64,000 bases of DNA, taken from contig CASGEP010000001.1 of assembly GCA_949300515.1 (NCBI GenBank), positions 6,740 to 70,739 of the forward strand. The letters are read 5' to 3'. Each line of letters starts with the position of its first letter. Position 1 is the first letter of the stretch. The position numbers and the translations under genes were made by a program. The DNA is from an uncultured bacterium (GTDB lineage: Bacteria; Cyanobacteriota; Vampirovibrionia; Gastranaerophilales; Gastranaerophilaceae). Of this stretch, positions 17,511 to 27,787 are shown one piece after another. Under the pieces are notes generated by a model that was not told where the DNA came from, searched no databases, and worked only from the letters and a program-made list of their open reading frames with translations.

Positions 17511-18248
17511 CTAAATAACGTCGTATCCGTTTTTTATAAATTTATTTTTAATTTCTGACACAACCTCGCGCGCGGGTTCGCTGACGTCTAATTTATACTT
17601 TAATCCGAGCTTTTCCCACTTTTCAACACCCATTTTATGATAGGGCAAAAGCTCGATTTTCTCTATTATTCCTCTGTAATTATCCAAAAACAAAATTAAT
17701 TTGCCAATATAATCCTCATCCGTTGTAAAAGTCGGCACAAGCACCTGTCTTATTCTTGTTTTCTTATTTATTGAATACAAATAATCCAAAAACTCAAGCA
17801 CTCTTTTATTATCTTTTCCTGTCAGTTTAAGGTGCATATCGAAATCCAAATGCTTAATATCAAGCATAACAAGGTCGCAAAGGTCAAGCACACCCTTCAC
17901 ATCATCACTCAACTCAACATACCCGCAGGTATCAAGGCAGGTGTGAATATTTACTTCTTTTAGCATTTTAAATAAGTCCAGAGCAAACTTTGGCTGCACA
18001 AGCGGCTCTCCGCCCGACAGAGTAACTCCGCCGCCTGTGAAGTTGAAAAAGTCTTTGTACTTTAAAATATCCTGATATACGCTCTCAGCAGTCCTTGCAC
18101 CTAGCTGGTTTTTGAACCAAGTGTCAGGATTATGGCAATAAAGACACCTGAAGGGGCACATCTGCATGAAAATTACATACCTTACCCCCGGTCCGTCGAG
18201 CGTAGCGCCCGTTAAAACGGAATGAATATAGCCTAAAATTTCTGTCAT
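17511..18248 (-). CDS. pflA: pyruvate formate-lyase activating enzyme
   Basis: Radical SAM motif CPFRCLYCHNPDTW and glycine-rich GGVTLSGGEP. Directly downstream of pflB. Confidence 0.93.
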   Translation of the reverse strand: MTEILGYIHSVLTGATLDGPGVRYVIFMQMCPFRCLYCHNPDTWFKNQLGARTAESVYQDILKYKDFFNFTGGGVTLSGGEPLVQPKFALDLFKMLKEVNIHTCLDTCGYVELSDDVKGVLDLCDLVMLDIKHLDFDMHLKLTGKDNKRVLEFLDYLYSINKKTRIRQVLVPTFTTDEDYIGKLILFLDNYRGIIEKIELLPYHKMGVEKWEKLGLKYKLDVSEPAREVVSEIKNKFIKNGYDVI

Positions 18249-18269
18249 ATAAGTATTTTAATACAAATT

Positions 18270-18306
18270 GATACAAATAGGCGCAAGATTTTGCAATCCT
18301 GCGCCA
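18270..18306 (-). terminator. weak stem-loop between pflB and pflA
   Basis: The minus strand reads GGCGCAGGATT-gcaa-AATCTTGCGCC followed by TATTTGT. It may be a partial terminator or a processing site. Confidence 0.4.
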
Positions 18307-18324
18307 AATATTTGTTACCGTTTT

Positions 18325-20577
18325 TTAAAAACGACTGTGGAATGTCCTTGAAATAACATCCTCTTGCTGCGCTCTGGTTAGCTTAATAAAGTTTACGGCA
18401 TAACCTGAAACCCTTATGGTTAGCTGCGGATAATTCTCCGGATGATCCATGGCATCAATAAGTGTTTCTCTGTCAAGCACATTAACGTTAATATGCTGAC
18501 CCATATTTGACATATAGCCGTCAAGCATACCTTTTAAGTTATTGATTTTCTCATCCTGAGTTTTTCCCAGAGAATTAGGGATAATTGAGAATGTATTTGA
18601 AATTCCGTCTTTAGCGTGTTTGAAAGGTAATTTTGCAACAGAACACAATGAAGCAAGCGCCCCGCACTCATCTCTGCCATGCAAAGGATTTGCACCCGGT
18701 GCGAAAGGAACGTTTGCCTTTCTGCCATCAGGTGTATTGCCCGTTTTCTTGCCGTAGACAACGTTTGATGTAATTGTAAGTATTGACTGAGTTGCAATTG
18801 CATTTCTGTATGTCGGAAGTTTTTCAATTTTATTCATAAATTTCTCAACAAGTTTTGTTGCAATTTCATCAACCCTGTCATCATTGTTGCCGAATTTTGG
18901 GAAATCACCCTCTATTTCAAAATCAACGGCAATTCCCTGTTCATTTCTGACAGGTCTTACTTTTGCATATTTAATAGCACTGAGTGAATCAACCGTGACG
19001 GAAAATCCTGCAATACCGCAGCCTAACTTTCTTACCACATTTTGATCCATAAGCGCCATTTGCGCCTTTTCATAGTAATACTTGTCATGCATATAATGAA
19101 TGATATTAAGCGCATTAACATATGTTGAAGCAAGCCAATCCATCATAGAGTCAAATTTTTCAATTACTTCATCATAGTTCAAATACTCGGATGTGATAGG
19201 CTCAAACCCCTGTGCCACTTTTGCAAAAGACTTCTCATCCACCCCGCCGTTAATAGCATACAAAAGAGCTTTTGCAAGGTTGGCACGCGCGCCGAAAAAC
19301 TGCATTTCCTTACCGATAATCATAGGCGAAACACAGCAGGCAATACCGTAATCATCCCCGAACATCGGGCGCATTAAATCATCATTTTCATACTGGATTG
19401 ATGATGTGTTAATTGAGAGTTTTGAGCAGAATTTTTTAAAATTATCCGGCAAATTAACAGACCACAAAACAGTCATGTTGGGCTCCGGTGCAGGCCCTAA
19501 GTTTGTGAGCGTATGAAGCATACGAAAACTGTTTTTTGTAACAAGCGTCCTGCCGTCATCGCCCATACCGCCGATTGATTCCGTAACCCAGACAGGGTCG
19601 CCGCTAAAGAGTTCGTTGTACTCGGGAGTTCTTAAAAAGCGAACCATACGCAATTTTATAATGAAATCATCCATTATTTCCTGCGCTTCCTGCTCGCTCA
19701 GAGTACCGTTTTTAATATCTCTTTCACTGTATATATCAAGGAATGTTGAAACTCTGCCAAGCGACATGGCAGCGCCGTTTTGGTCTTTTATAGCCGCTAA
19801 ATACCCGAAATACGTCCACTGGACAGCTTCGCGGAAATTGTTTGCAGGCTTGGATATGTCATAACCGTAAGTCAAAGCCATTGTTTTCATAGCTTCAAGA
19901 GCCAAAATCTGCTCCGAGAGTTCTTCTCTTTCTCTGATTATGTCTGATGTCATATTTAAGCGGTCAGAAGAAGACTTTTCAGCCTGTTTTTCTTCAATCA
20001 GTCTGTCTATGCCATATAAGGCAACGCGTCTGTAGTCGCCTATAATTCTTCCTCTGCCGTAGGCATCGGGCAAGCCTGTTATAATCCCGCTTTTTCTGCA
20101 AGCGCGGATTTCGGGTGTATAAGCCTGAAAAACTCCTTCATTGTGTGTTTTTCTGTATTTTGTAAAGATTTCTTTTACTTTTTCATCTTCTTTTAGTCCG
20201 TATGCCTGACAGGATGCCTCAACCATTCTGTGACCGCCCCAGGGCATAATAGCTCTTTTTAGCGGCGCATCTGTCTGTAAACCGACTATAAGTTCATTTT
20301 CTTTATCAATGTAGCCTGCCGCATAAGCATCAATTTGAGACGGCGTAGACACATCAGCGTCCAAGAGCCCGTTATTTTCATGCTCTTTTTTCATTAACTC
20401 TTTTACCTGTGACCAGATATTAAGAGTCCTTTGTGTAGGCTCTGCAAGAAAACAGTCGTCGCCGAGGTATGGCGTATAGTTATTTTGTATAAAATCGACC
20501 ACATCTATTGTATCAGTCCATGCGCCGCCTTTAAAACCCTGCCAGCAAGGCAATGTTTTATCCAATGTACATTCCAT
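18325..20577 (-). CDS. pflB: formate C-acetyltransferase (pyruvate formate-lyase)
   Basis: Active-site Cys pair (IACCVSPM) and C-terminal glycyl-radical motif RVSGYAVNF. 750 aa. Confidence 0.95.
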   Translation of the reverse strand: MECTLDKTLPCWQGFKGGAWTDTIDVVDFIQNNYTPYLGDDCFLAEPTQRTLNIWSQVKELMKKEHENNGLLDADVSTPSQIDAYAAGYIDKENELIVGLQTDAPLKRAIMPWGGHRMVEASCQAYGLKEDEKVKEIFTKYRKTHNEGVFQAYTPEIRACRKSGIITGLPDAYGRGRIIGDYRRVALYGIDRLIEEKQAEKSSSDRLNMTSDIIREREELSEQILALEAMKTMALTYGYDISKPANNFREAVQWTYFGYLAAIKDQNGAAMSLGRVSTFLDIYSERDIKNGTLSEQEAQEIMDDFIIKLRMVRFLRTPEYNELFSGDPVWVTESIGGMGDDGRTLVTKNSFRMLHTLTNLGPAPEPNMTVLWSVNLPDNFKKFCSKLSINTSSIQYENDDLMRPMFGDDYGIACCVSPMIIGKEMQFFGARANLAKALLYAINGGVDEKSFAKVAQGFEPITSEYLNYDEVIEKFDSMMDWLASTYVNALNIIHYMHDKYYYEKAQMALMDQNVVRKLGCGIAGFSVTVDSLSAIKYAKVRPVRNEQGIAVDFEIEGDFPKFGNNDDRVDEIATKLVEKFMNKIEKLPTYRNAIATQSILTITSNVVYGKKTGNTPDGRKANVPFAPGANPLHGRDECGALASLCSVAKLPFKHAKDGISNTFSIIPNSLGKTQDEKINNLKGMLDGYMSNMGQHINVNVLDRETLIDAMDHPENYPQLTIRVSGYAVNFIKLTRAQQEDVISRTFHSRF

Positions 20578-20816
20578 TATTGTCTCCTTTTACATGTTTA
20601 GTTTTTGTGTTGTTAATTTGTTAGTGCCTTTAATGACACGGATAATATGCGTTATAAGACATACAGTAAAATTATATTTTAGTTAATGTTTCTTGTCAAA
20701 TTGTTAAGAATAAAGCATAGGTTAACTTTTGTAAAAACGTACATTTTTAAATATACACCGTTTGTTCTAAATTTTACAAAAATTATTAGCCCATGCCAAA
20801 AATATATTATAAACTT

Positions 20817-20902
20817 AATATAACAATTAAGGAAAGCAAGGGTGAAAGTCCCTCACTGGTCCGCAGCCGTCACAGTCGGAATGCTTAATTTGCAATTATA
20901 TT
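20817..20902 (+). promoter_or_regulatory. cobalamin-riboswitch-like aptamer (short, class-II-like), copy B, nrdDG leader
   Basis: Candidate closing helix AATATAA/TTATATT around AAGGAAAGCAAGGGUGAAAGUCCCUCACUGGUCCGCAGCCGUCACAGUCGGAAUGC. The GAGGAG SD and the ATG at 20928 follow within 25 nt. Confidence 0.6.
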
Positions 20903-20927
20903 ACGCGACTAATGAGGAGATTTTAAC

Positions 20928-23186
20928 ATGCAAAATGCACTCAACAACGGTGAAAATGTTGTTTCACTAAATTCACAGCTTGTAAACGACGCAATTAAAA
21001 AGGCAAGAGAAGGAAGTTTAGAGTTTAAAAATCAGGTAATCGACGCATCGCACGCCATACTTGAAAATGTTTTAATAGTGAAAAAAGACGGCACAAAAGA
21101 AAAATACAATGTGCAAAAGGTCGTGAGTGCCGTTAAAAAATCGGCGGCAAGAATGCTGATAGAATTCAGTGAAGATGATATCTCGAAAATTTGCAACTAT
21201 GTAAACAAAAATGTTGCAAATATGAAAAAAGACAGTATCAATATCCTTGAAATTCACAATATTGTTGAGAGTGCACTTGAAGAAATTAACCCCAAGGTTG
21301 CACAAAGCTACAGAAATTACCGCAACTACAAGACAGACTTTGTGCATATGCTCGATAAGGTTTTTCAGGAAAGCCAAAAAATAATGTACATAGGCGACAA
21401 GGAAAATTCAAACTCGGATTCCGCCCTTGTATCAACCAAAAGGTCGCTTATATTTAACCAGTTAAATAAAGAACTCTATAAAAAATTCTTTTTAACCGTA
21501 GATGACTTGCAGGCTATAAGAGAAGGCTACATATATATTCATGATATGTCAGCGCGCCGTGATACTATGAACTGCTGCCTGTTTGATGTTGCAGCCGTAT
21601 TAAAGGGCGGTTTTGAGATGGGCAACCTCTGGTACAACGAGCCAAAAACACTTGATGTTGCTTTTGATGTGATAGGCGATATTGTAATGGCAGCGGCAAG
21701 CCAGCAATACGGCGGCTTTACCGTTGCAGAAGTAGATAAACTGCTTGCCCCGTACGCTAAAAAGTCGTTTGATGCAAATTACGACAGGTACGTTTGCCTC
21801 GGTCTGTCATTTGAAAAAGCACGCGAAGAAGCGATGAATGACGTTAAACACGACTTTGAACAAGGTTTTCAAGGCTGGGAATACAAATTTAATACAGTAG
21901 CTTCATCGCGTGGCGATTATCCCTTTATCACCATGACCTTTGGTCTCGGCACGGGCGAATTTGAAAAAATAGCATCACTTACCATGCTAAAGACAAGAGA
22001 AGGCGGGCAGGGTAAAAAATCCTGCAAAAAACCGGTGTTATTCCCAAAACTTGTCTTTCTTTTTGATAAAGATCTCCATGGCGAAGGCTGCGAACTGCAC
22101 GAACTCTACAAGGCGGGCGTTGAGTGCTCTAAAAAAGCAATGTACCCTGACTGGCTGTCTTTAACGGGCGAGGGCTACGTTGCATCAATGTATAAAAAAT
22201 ACAAAAAAGTAATCTCGCCAATGGGCTGCAGGGCGTTTTTATCCCCATGGTTTGAACGCGGAGGCATGACAGCGGCAGATGAAAATGATACACCCGTTTT
22301 TGTCGGCAGGTTTAACATCGGCGCAGTAAGCCTGCATTTGCCGATGATTTTGGCAAAGTCGCGCAAGGAAAGCAAAGACTTTTACGAAGTTCTTGACTAC
22401 TACCTTGAATTAATAAGAAAGATCCACATAAGAACTTATGAGTATCTGGGCGAAATGCGTGCATCGGTAAATCCTCTTGCATATTGCGAAGGCGGATTTT
22501 ACGGCGGACATTTAAAACCGCATGATAAAATTAAGCCCCTGCTCAAGTCTGCGACCGCATCTTTTGGTATAACGGCGCTTAACGAGCTGCAAGAACTCTA
22601 CAACGGCAAGTCGCTTGTCGAGGACGGAGAGTTTGTACTTGAAGTTATGGAGTATATAAATAAAAAAGTCGCACAATTTAAAGAGGAGGACGGTAATTTA
22701 TATGCAATATACGGCACTCCGGCTGAAAGCTTGTGCGGACTGCAAGTACAGCAGTTTAGAAAAAAATACGGTATAGTGGATAAAGTCTCGGACAGAGGCT
22801 ATGTTTCAAACAGTTTTCACTGCCATGTGAGCGAAAACATTACACCGATTGAAAAACAAAATATTGAAAACCGTTTCTGGAATTTATTTAACGGCGGAAA
22901 AATCCAATACGTTAAATATCCCGTTTCATACAATACAAAAGCAATTGAAACACTGGTTTTAAGAGCTATGGATATGGGATTTTACGAGGGCGTTAACCTC
23001 TCGCTTGCCTACTGCGAGGACTGCGGACATCAGGAGCTGTCGATGGATTCTTGCCCTAAATGCGGCAGCCGCAACCTTACAAAAATAGACAGAATGAACG
23101 GCTACCTGTCATACTCACGCGTTAACGGGGATACGCGCTTAAACGATGCAAAAATGGAAGAAATCAAAGACAGAGTGAGTATGTAG
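20928..23186 (+). CDS. nrdD: anaerobic ribonucleoside-triphosphate reductase (class III)
   Basis: N-terminal ATP-cone (VKKDGTKEKYNVQKV). C-terminal Zn ribbon CEDCGH...CPKCGS. Glycyl radical motif RMNGYLS. Confidence 0.93.
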   Translation: MQNALNNGENVVSLNSQLVNDAIKKAREGSLEFKNQVIDASHAILENVLIVKKDGTKEKYNVQKVVSAVKKSAARMLIEFSEDDISKICNYVNKNVANMKKDSINILEIHNIVESALEEINPKVAQSYRNYRNYKTDFVHMLDKVFQESQKIMYIGDKENSNSDSALVSTKRSLIFNQLNKELYKKFFLTVDDLQAIREGYIYIHDMSARRDTMNCCLFDVAAVLKGGFEMGNLWYNEPKTLDVAFDVIGDIVMAAASQQYGGFTVAEVDKLLAPYAKKSFDANYDRYVCLGLSFEKAREEAMNDVKHDFEQGFQGWEYKFNTVASSRGDYPFITMTFGLGTGEFEKIASLTMLKTREGGQGKKSCKKPVLFPKLVFLFDKDLHGEGCELHELYKAGVECSKKAMYPDWLSLTGEGYVASMYKKYKKVISPMGCRAFLSPWFERGGMTAADENDTPVFVGRFNIGAVSLHLPMILAKSRKESKDFYEVLDYYLELIRKIHIRTYEYLGEMRASVNPLAYCEGGFYGGHLKPHDKIKPLLKSATASFGITALNELQELYNGKSLVEDGEFVLEVMEYINKKVAQFKEEDGNLYAIYGTPAESLCGLQVQQFRKKYGIVDKVSDRGYVSNSFHCHVSENITPIEKQNIENRFWNLFNGGKIQYVKYPVSYNTKAIETLVLRAMDMGFYEGVNLSLAYCEDCGHQELSMDSCPKCGSRNLTKIDRMNGYLSYSRVNGDTRLNDAKMEEIKDRVSM

Positions 23187-23187
23187 T

Positions 23188-23679
23188 ATGAATTATCATG
23201 ATATAACAACGGACGATATGCTCAACGGCGACGGTCTGAGGGTTGTTCTCTGGGTATCGGGCTGCACTCATCACTGCGACGGCTGTCAAAATCCGATAAC
23301 CTGGGATATAGCGGGAGGTTTGCCGTTTGATGAAAATGCGGAAAACGAACTTTTTGAAAAGCTTAACCAGCCCCACATCGCAGGCATTACATTCAGCGGC
23401 GGCGACCCGCTGCACCCTATGAACAGAGATGAAGTCTTGATGCTTGCAAAAAAAGTGCGAAACTTATACCCGAATAAGACAATCTGGCTCTACACGGGCT
23501 TTTTGTGGGAAGATATCTGCACGCTGGATGGAATTGAGTGTATAGATGTACTTGCTGACGGAAGATTTGAAAAAGATAAACTTGATAATAATTTACTCTG
23601 GGTAGGCAGTCCGAACCAACGCGTAATAGACGTCAAAACCAGCCTGCAGAGCGGAAAAGCAGTTTTGCATAAAAGTTAA
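23188..23679 (+). CDS. nrdG: anaerobic ribonucleotide reductase activating protein
   Basis: Radical SAM motif GCTHHCDGCQNP and GITFSGGDPL. Adjacent to nrdD. Confidence 0.92.
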   Translation: MNYHDITTDDMLNGDGLRVVLWVSGCTHHCDGCQNPITWDIAGGLPFDENAENELFEKLNQPHIAGITFSGGDPLHPMNRDEVLMLAKKVRNLYPNKTIWLYTGFLWEDICTLDGIECIDVLADGRFEKDKLDNNLLWVGSPNQRVIDVKTSLQSGKAVLHKS

Positions 23680-23803
23680 TTGTAACAATTTTGTAATATT
23701 TGAAGGTAAAATACTAAACTTTTTATAAATTGTGCCGATGACATTATGGTAGATATGCAAGTTAGTATAATGTAAATATTGTTTACTAGAAAAGGATGGC
23801 ACA

Positions 23804-25684
23804 ATGAGTATGAACATTGATTTATCGTCAATTTTAACAAAAATTGCGAACGATTCAAGCTTTGTTGACGGTTCAGAAGGCAAATTTTCAAAGGGCGAAA
23901 CACTTTTTATCTCCGGCACTTCTGCAAAAGGTGATATGGTGACTTTGAAAGATTCCAGCGGCGACAGCTACAATGTTTCTGCACAAGAGCTAAAAGGTTA
24001 TTTAACCGACGAAGAACTACAAGCATTGATGAGCAACTCGGCAACTGTTCAGGTTGGCTCAACGGAAGCAACTTCGGCAACATCAGAAGTGAGCGAAGTA
24101 GGTGAAGTTGAAGCAACAACCGAAGTAGGCGAAACTGCCGAAGTGGGCACCACATCTGCTGCAATTCAAGACGAAATCGACAAACTTGAAGCGCAACGTT
24201 TAGCAAACCTTGACAGCATGGAAACACTCAAGGATCAAATCGAAGACTTGAAAGATGAAATTCAAGAGTCGATAAACGCTGCAATTCAAGAAATGGAAGA
24301 AATCGAAGAAGAGCAGAAGAAAAAAGCTCAAGAAGTAGTTGACGAAGAACTGCAAAAATTCAAAAACTCAAACGGCGAAATGACACAGGATGAGTTTAAT
24401 GCAAATGTTCAAAGTCAATTAGCAGCTATTAATCCGTCAATGGGCACAGTAGTTGCAGAATTATTAACCGCAAACACCAAAACATCTCTTATGAGCAATT
24501 TACTTGGTCAATTAGATGCTAAAATTGCAACTGATTCACAATTATGCAGCCAAATTGATGCCAAAAACGTTGAATTAGACTCTGCAATTGCAGCCGAAGA
24601 AGCTGAAAAAGCAGCTCAAGAAGCTCAAGAACAAGCAGCACAATCAACAACATCATCTAACTCTTGCGACCCGATTGGTTTCCAAATGGAAGCTGACAGC
24701 GACGGCGACGGCACGGTTGGAACAGTTCAGTTCGACTTCTTCTATGATTCGGATGGCGACGGAAAAATCAACTCCATGGATGACTTCGTCGGTGCAAAAG
24801 CCGATAAAGCAGGCGAAGACGGATGGAGCGAAATCGAAAACCTTGACGGTGTCGGCGGCGAAGCAGACGGCGTAATTACATCGGATGAATTGTCCAATGC
24901 AGGCATGAAAGTTATGGTAACCGACGAAAACGGTGAACAGTATGCAATGAGCATGGATGAATTTGAAGCTCAATACGGCGAAATCGAAATTAACTCTCAA
25001 GACGTTGAAGCAGGCGAAGAAGGCTTTGCAAGCGGCGTAGGACCTAAAAACTTTGATGCTGATGCAGGCAACGAACTGTTAAGCTCATTTAACCTGTCTG
25101 TAGGAGATGAAGACTTAACCGGTTATCAAACAAAAGATACTGAGGACTGGTTGGTTAACAACTACTCAGACGTTATGGACTTAGACTCCATCGCAGCCGA
25201 AGGCGTTGATGTATCCGGTGTAGCTGCAGGTGAAGCAGCAGGCGCAGTAGACGGCGCAGGCTCAGCTGAAGCAGCTCAATACGTAGAATTCGCAAAAGAA
25301 TACCGCGACAACGTACTTCCTAAACTTGAAGCACAAATCAATGAAGCTTATGCGGAACTCGGATTGTCACAAGATGCAATTACTGCATTCAAAAATATGG
25401 CAACGGCACAAGCTGACATTGAAGGTCAACAAATAGCCGAAGACCTGAAGGCTCAAGAAGAAGAAAAAGCTCAACAGCTCTATGAAGAAGCTCAAGCAGC
25501 TAAGGAAGCTGAAGAAGCTGCAGCAGCCGAAGAAGAAGCCGCAGCTGAAGAAGCAGCCGAAGAAGATGCTGATGTAAGTGAAGAAGACACCCCTGATTTC
25601 GATGACTTAGAAGTCGGCGAAACGGTTGACACAACTGAAAGCACCTCGGAATTAGAAGATCTTCTTGGCGAAGAAGAAGCGTAA
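23804..25684 (+). CDS. highly acidic hypothetical protein with EF-hand-like loops and coiled-coil/low-complexity regions
   Basis: 626 aa, very rich in D/E/A with few K/R. DSDGDGTVG and DSDGDGKINSMDDF fit the canonical EF-hand loop spacing. The tail is EEAAAAEEEAAAEEAAEED. No signal peptide is evident. Confidence 0.7.
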   Translation: MSMNIDLSSILTKIANDSSFVDGSEGKFSKGETLFISGTSAKGDMVTLKDSSGDSYNVSAQELKGYLTDEELQALMSNSATVQVGSTEATSATSEVSEVGEVEATTEVGETAEVGTTSAAIQDEIDKLEAQRLANLDSMETLKDQIEDLKDEIQESINAAIQEMEEIEEEQKKKAQEVVDEELQKFKNSNGEMTQDEFNANVQSQLAAINPSMGTVVAELLTANTKTSLMSNLLGQLDAKIATDSQLCSQIDAKNVELDSAIAAEEAEKAAQEAQEQAAQSTTSSNSCDPIGFQMEADSDGDGTVGTVQFDFFYDSDGDGKINSMDDFVGAKADKAGEDGWSEIENLDGVGGEADGVITSDELSNAGMKVMVTDENGEQYAMSMDEFEAQYGEIEINSQDVEAGEEGFASGVGPKNFDADAGNELLSSFNLSVGDEDLTGYQTKDTEDWLVNNYSDVMDLDSIAAEGVDVSGVAAGEAAGAVDGAGSAEAAQYVEFAKEYRDNVLPKLEAQINEAYAELGLSQDAITAFKNMATAQADIEGQQIAEDLKAQEEEKAQQLYEEAQAAKEAEEAAAAEEEAAAEEAAEEDADVSEEDTPDFDDLEVGETVDTTESTSELEDLLGEEEA

Positions 25685-25706
25685 AAACTCTTAAAAAATA
25701 GTTTTT

Positions 25707-25735
25707 AGTGCCCCTTTAAAAGGGGCACTTTTTTA
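25707..25735. terminator. bidirectional rho-independent terminator
   Basis: AGTGCCCCT-ttaaa-AGGGGCACT, flanked by A-run and T-run, between convergent genes. Confidence 0.85.
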
Positions 25736-27325
25736 TATTACGCCTCTGTGTTTAAATATACGATAATAAGCTCTGATTGTTGTTGTAATTTTCTTTCTTC
25801 GCGGCATTTTAAAGAAAAATATTAACGGAATGGCGAGTATGCACATCAGCGCAAGGAGTAAAAATACATCATAAAACGCGCAGAGCTTTGCCTGTGCAAG
25901 CATTTGCATGTAAAAATAGCCGTTTGCCTTTTTATCTGCAATATAGGGGGCAAAATATGTTAAAAACTTTGTTTTCATAACCATCAGTTTATAGTGGAAA
26001 TTAAGATTTGTAGTACTTAAATAAGCAACAAGATAGTTCTGATGAATTTGCGAAACGCGTGTCACAAACGTGGACACAGCGGAGGTTGAAATCGCCGTTA
26101 TAATATTTTTAAAGAGGGCATGAAGCCCTGCAGCATCAGCCAGTTTTGTTTTTGAAAGTGTCATAAAAGCAAGCGCGCTTATTGGTACAAAAGTTGTGGC
26201 AATTCCGATACCTAAAATAATATTTGGCAAAATTATACTCTCGAGCGAAGAAGTATTATTCAATCTTGAAAACATAAACACGGCAATTGACATAATAACA
26301 AGACCGATAGCCGATAACAACCTGTTTTCAACCTTATCCGCAACTTTTCCCATTACAAGAAGCCCTATAAAACAGGAAACAGCACGCGGAAACACCGCAA
26401 CGCCCGCAAAAAACGGCGGATAACCGAGAATGTTTTGCACAAACTGCGGTATCAAAAGCAGTGTACCGTAGAGCATAATGTTAATAAACGAGCTTATAGC
26501 CGTGCCAACAAGAAAATTTCTGTCCTTAAAAACCCTTACATCAACAATGGGTTTTTTAGACTCAAGCTCCCAGACATAGAAAAATACAAAAGACACAATA
26601 GCAATGAGTGTGAGCCAGTAAATCCAGTAGGTATCAAACCAGTTAAACTGTTCACCCTTATCAAGAACTATTTGCATACAGCCCATGCCGAGTATAATTG
26701 CAAACAGCCCGACATAGTCCATCTTGGTCTTTGACTTATCCTGCGGCTTATCATCCCTGATAAATAATTTTATAAGCGCCAAACTTAAAAGGCAAAGCGG
26801 AATATTCATAATAAAAACCCACTGCCATGAGTAATTATCCGTCAGATAACCGCCCACAAACGGACCGAACAGGGGCGAAAACATTGCCGCAAACCCAAAA
26901 AAGCCCATGGCAACACCTTTTTTCTCGGGCGGAAAAGTTTCAAGCAAAACAGCCTGCGCAAGGGGCAAAAGCGCGCCGCCTGCCGCACCCTGAAATATAC
27001 GACAGAGTATCAGCATATGCAAATCCTTGCACAACAGACATAAAATACACCCTATGCAAAATAAACTCACGCTCCAGTAGGCAACACTCTTTTTGCCGCA
27101 TGCATTTACCCACCAGCCGAATATAGGAAGCATAATACCGCCTGAGATAATGTATGCGGTAATAATACTGTTTGCTTCATATGGTGTTGCTCCGAAATAA
27201 CCGGCAATATGCGGCTGGCACACGTTTGTGGCGGAAGATGCTACCATTGACATAAATGCAGGCAAAAGTATTGTAATCGCCACAATATAAGGGTTAACTT
27301 TTTTTGTTGTTGTTTGCTTGGGCAT
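25733..27325 (-). CDS. MFS transporter, DHA2 (EmrB/QacA-like, 14-TMS) family
   Basis: 530 aa with many TM segments. The N-terminus is paralogous to the emrB-like gene at 46092 (LLPAFMSMVASSATNV.QPHIAGYFG). Confidence 0.85.
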   Translation of the reverse strand: MPKQTTTKKVNPYIVAITILLPAFMSMVASSATNVCQPHIAGYFGATPYEANSIITAYIISGGIMLPIFGWWVNACGKKSVAYWSVSLFCIGCILCLLCKDLHMLILCRIFQGAAGGALLPLAQAVLLETFPPEKKGVAMGFFGFAAMFSPLFGPFVGGYLTDNYSWQWVFIMNIPLCLLSLALIKLFIRDDKPQDKSKTKMDYVGLFAIILGMGCMQIVLDKGEQFNWFDTYWIYWLTLIAIVSFVFFYVWELESKKPIVDVRVFKDRNFLVGTAISSFINIMLYGTLLLIPQFVQNILGYPPFFAGVAVFPRAVSCFIGLLVMGKVADKVENRLLSAIGLVIMSIAVFMFSRLNNTSSLESIILPNIILGIGIATTFVPISALAFMTLSKTKLADAAGLHALFKNIITAISTSAVSTFVTRVSQIHQNYLVAYLSTTNLNFHYKLMVMKTKFLTYFAPYIADKKANGYFYMQMLAQAKLCAFYDVFLLLALMCILAIPLIFFFKMPRRKKITTTIRAYYRIFKHRGVI

Positions 27326-27367
27326 TATTCTAATTCCTTTGTGTTATCATAATAACACAAAGGAATT

Positions 27368-27784
27368 CTATGAAAAGTATTTATTTTTGAATTCGTCGCC
27401 GAAATTTTTTGTATAATATCCTGTAAACTTCTCAATTCGCAACAGCATATCTTTTGAAATTATATGCTCAATTTTACAGGCAATCTCCTGCGCCTCGTCA
27501 TGCTTTGCACCGAGAACTTTTTCAAAAAAATCAGACAGCGAGTTGTGTTTTTTTATAACATCCTCCGCCGCAAGTATGCCCTGCCGTGTAATAGAAATGG
27601 CATCATATCGCCCGTAGTTTATTAAATTTTTATCGGCAAGTTTTTTTAGCGCCTCGGTTGTTGAAGCACGGCTGACACCGAGTGCGCGCGCAATATCTAC
27701 CGCCTTTACGGTGTTATTTCTTTTATAAATCAAATACAACGCCTCAAGATAATCTTCAAGACTGGACGACAGTTTATCACTCAT
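27368..27784 (-). CDS. DtxR/MntR-family metal-dependent transcriptional repressor
   Basis: SSLEDYLEALYLIY...VKAVDIARALGVSRASTTEALKKLADKNLI is a typical DtxR-family wHTH plus dimerisation domain. 138 aa. Confidence 0.88.
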   Translation of the reverse strand: MSDKLSSSLEDYLEALYLIYKRNNTVKAVDIARALGVSRASTTEALKKLADKNLINYGRYDAISITRQGILAAEDVIKKHNSLSDFFEKVLGAKHDEAQEIACKIEHIISKDMLLRIEKFTGYYTKNFGDEFKNKYFS

Positions 27785-27787
27785 TAA

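Noticed and set aside
20578-20816. Search for NrdR boxes upstream of nrdD
   Set aside because: Only AT-rich pseudo-palindromes (for example AAAAATATATTATAAA) are present. Nothing convincingly matches the 16-bp NrdR-box palindrome.
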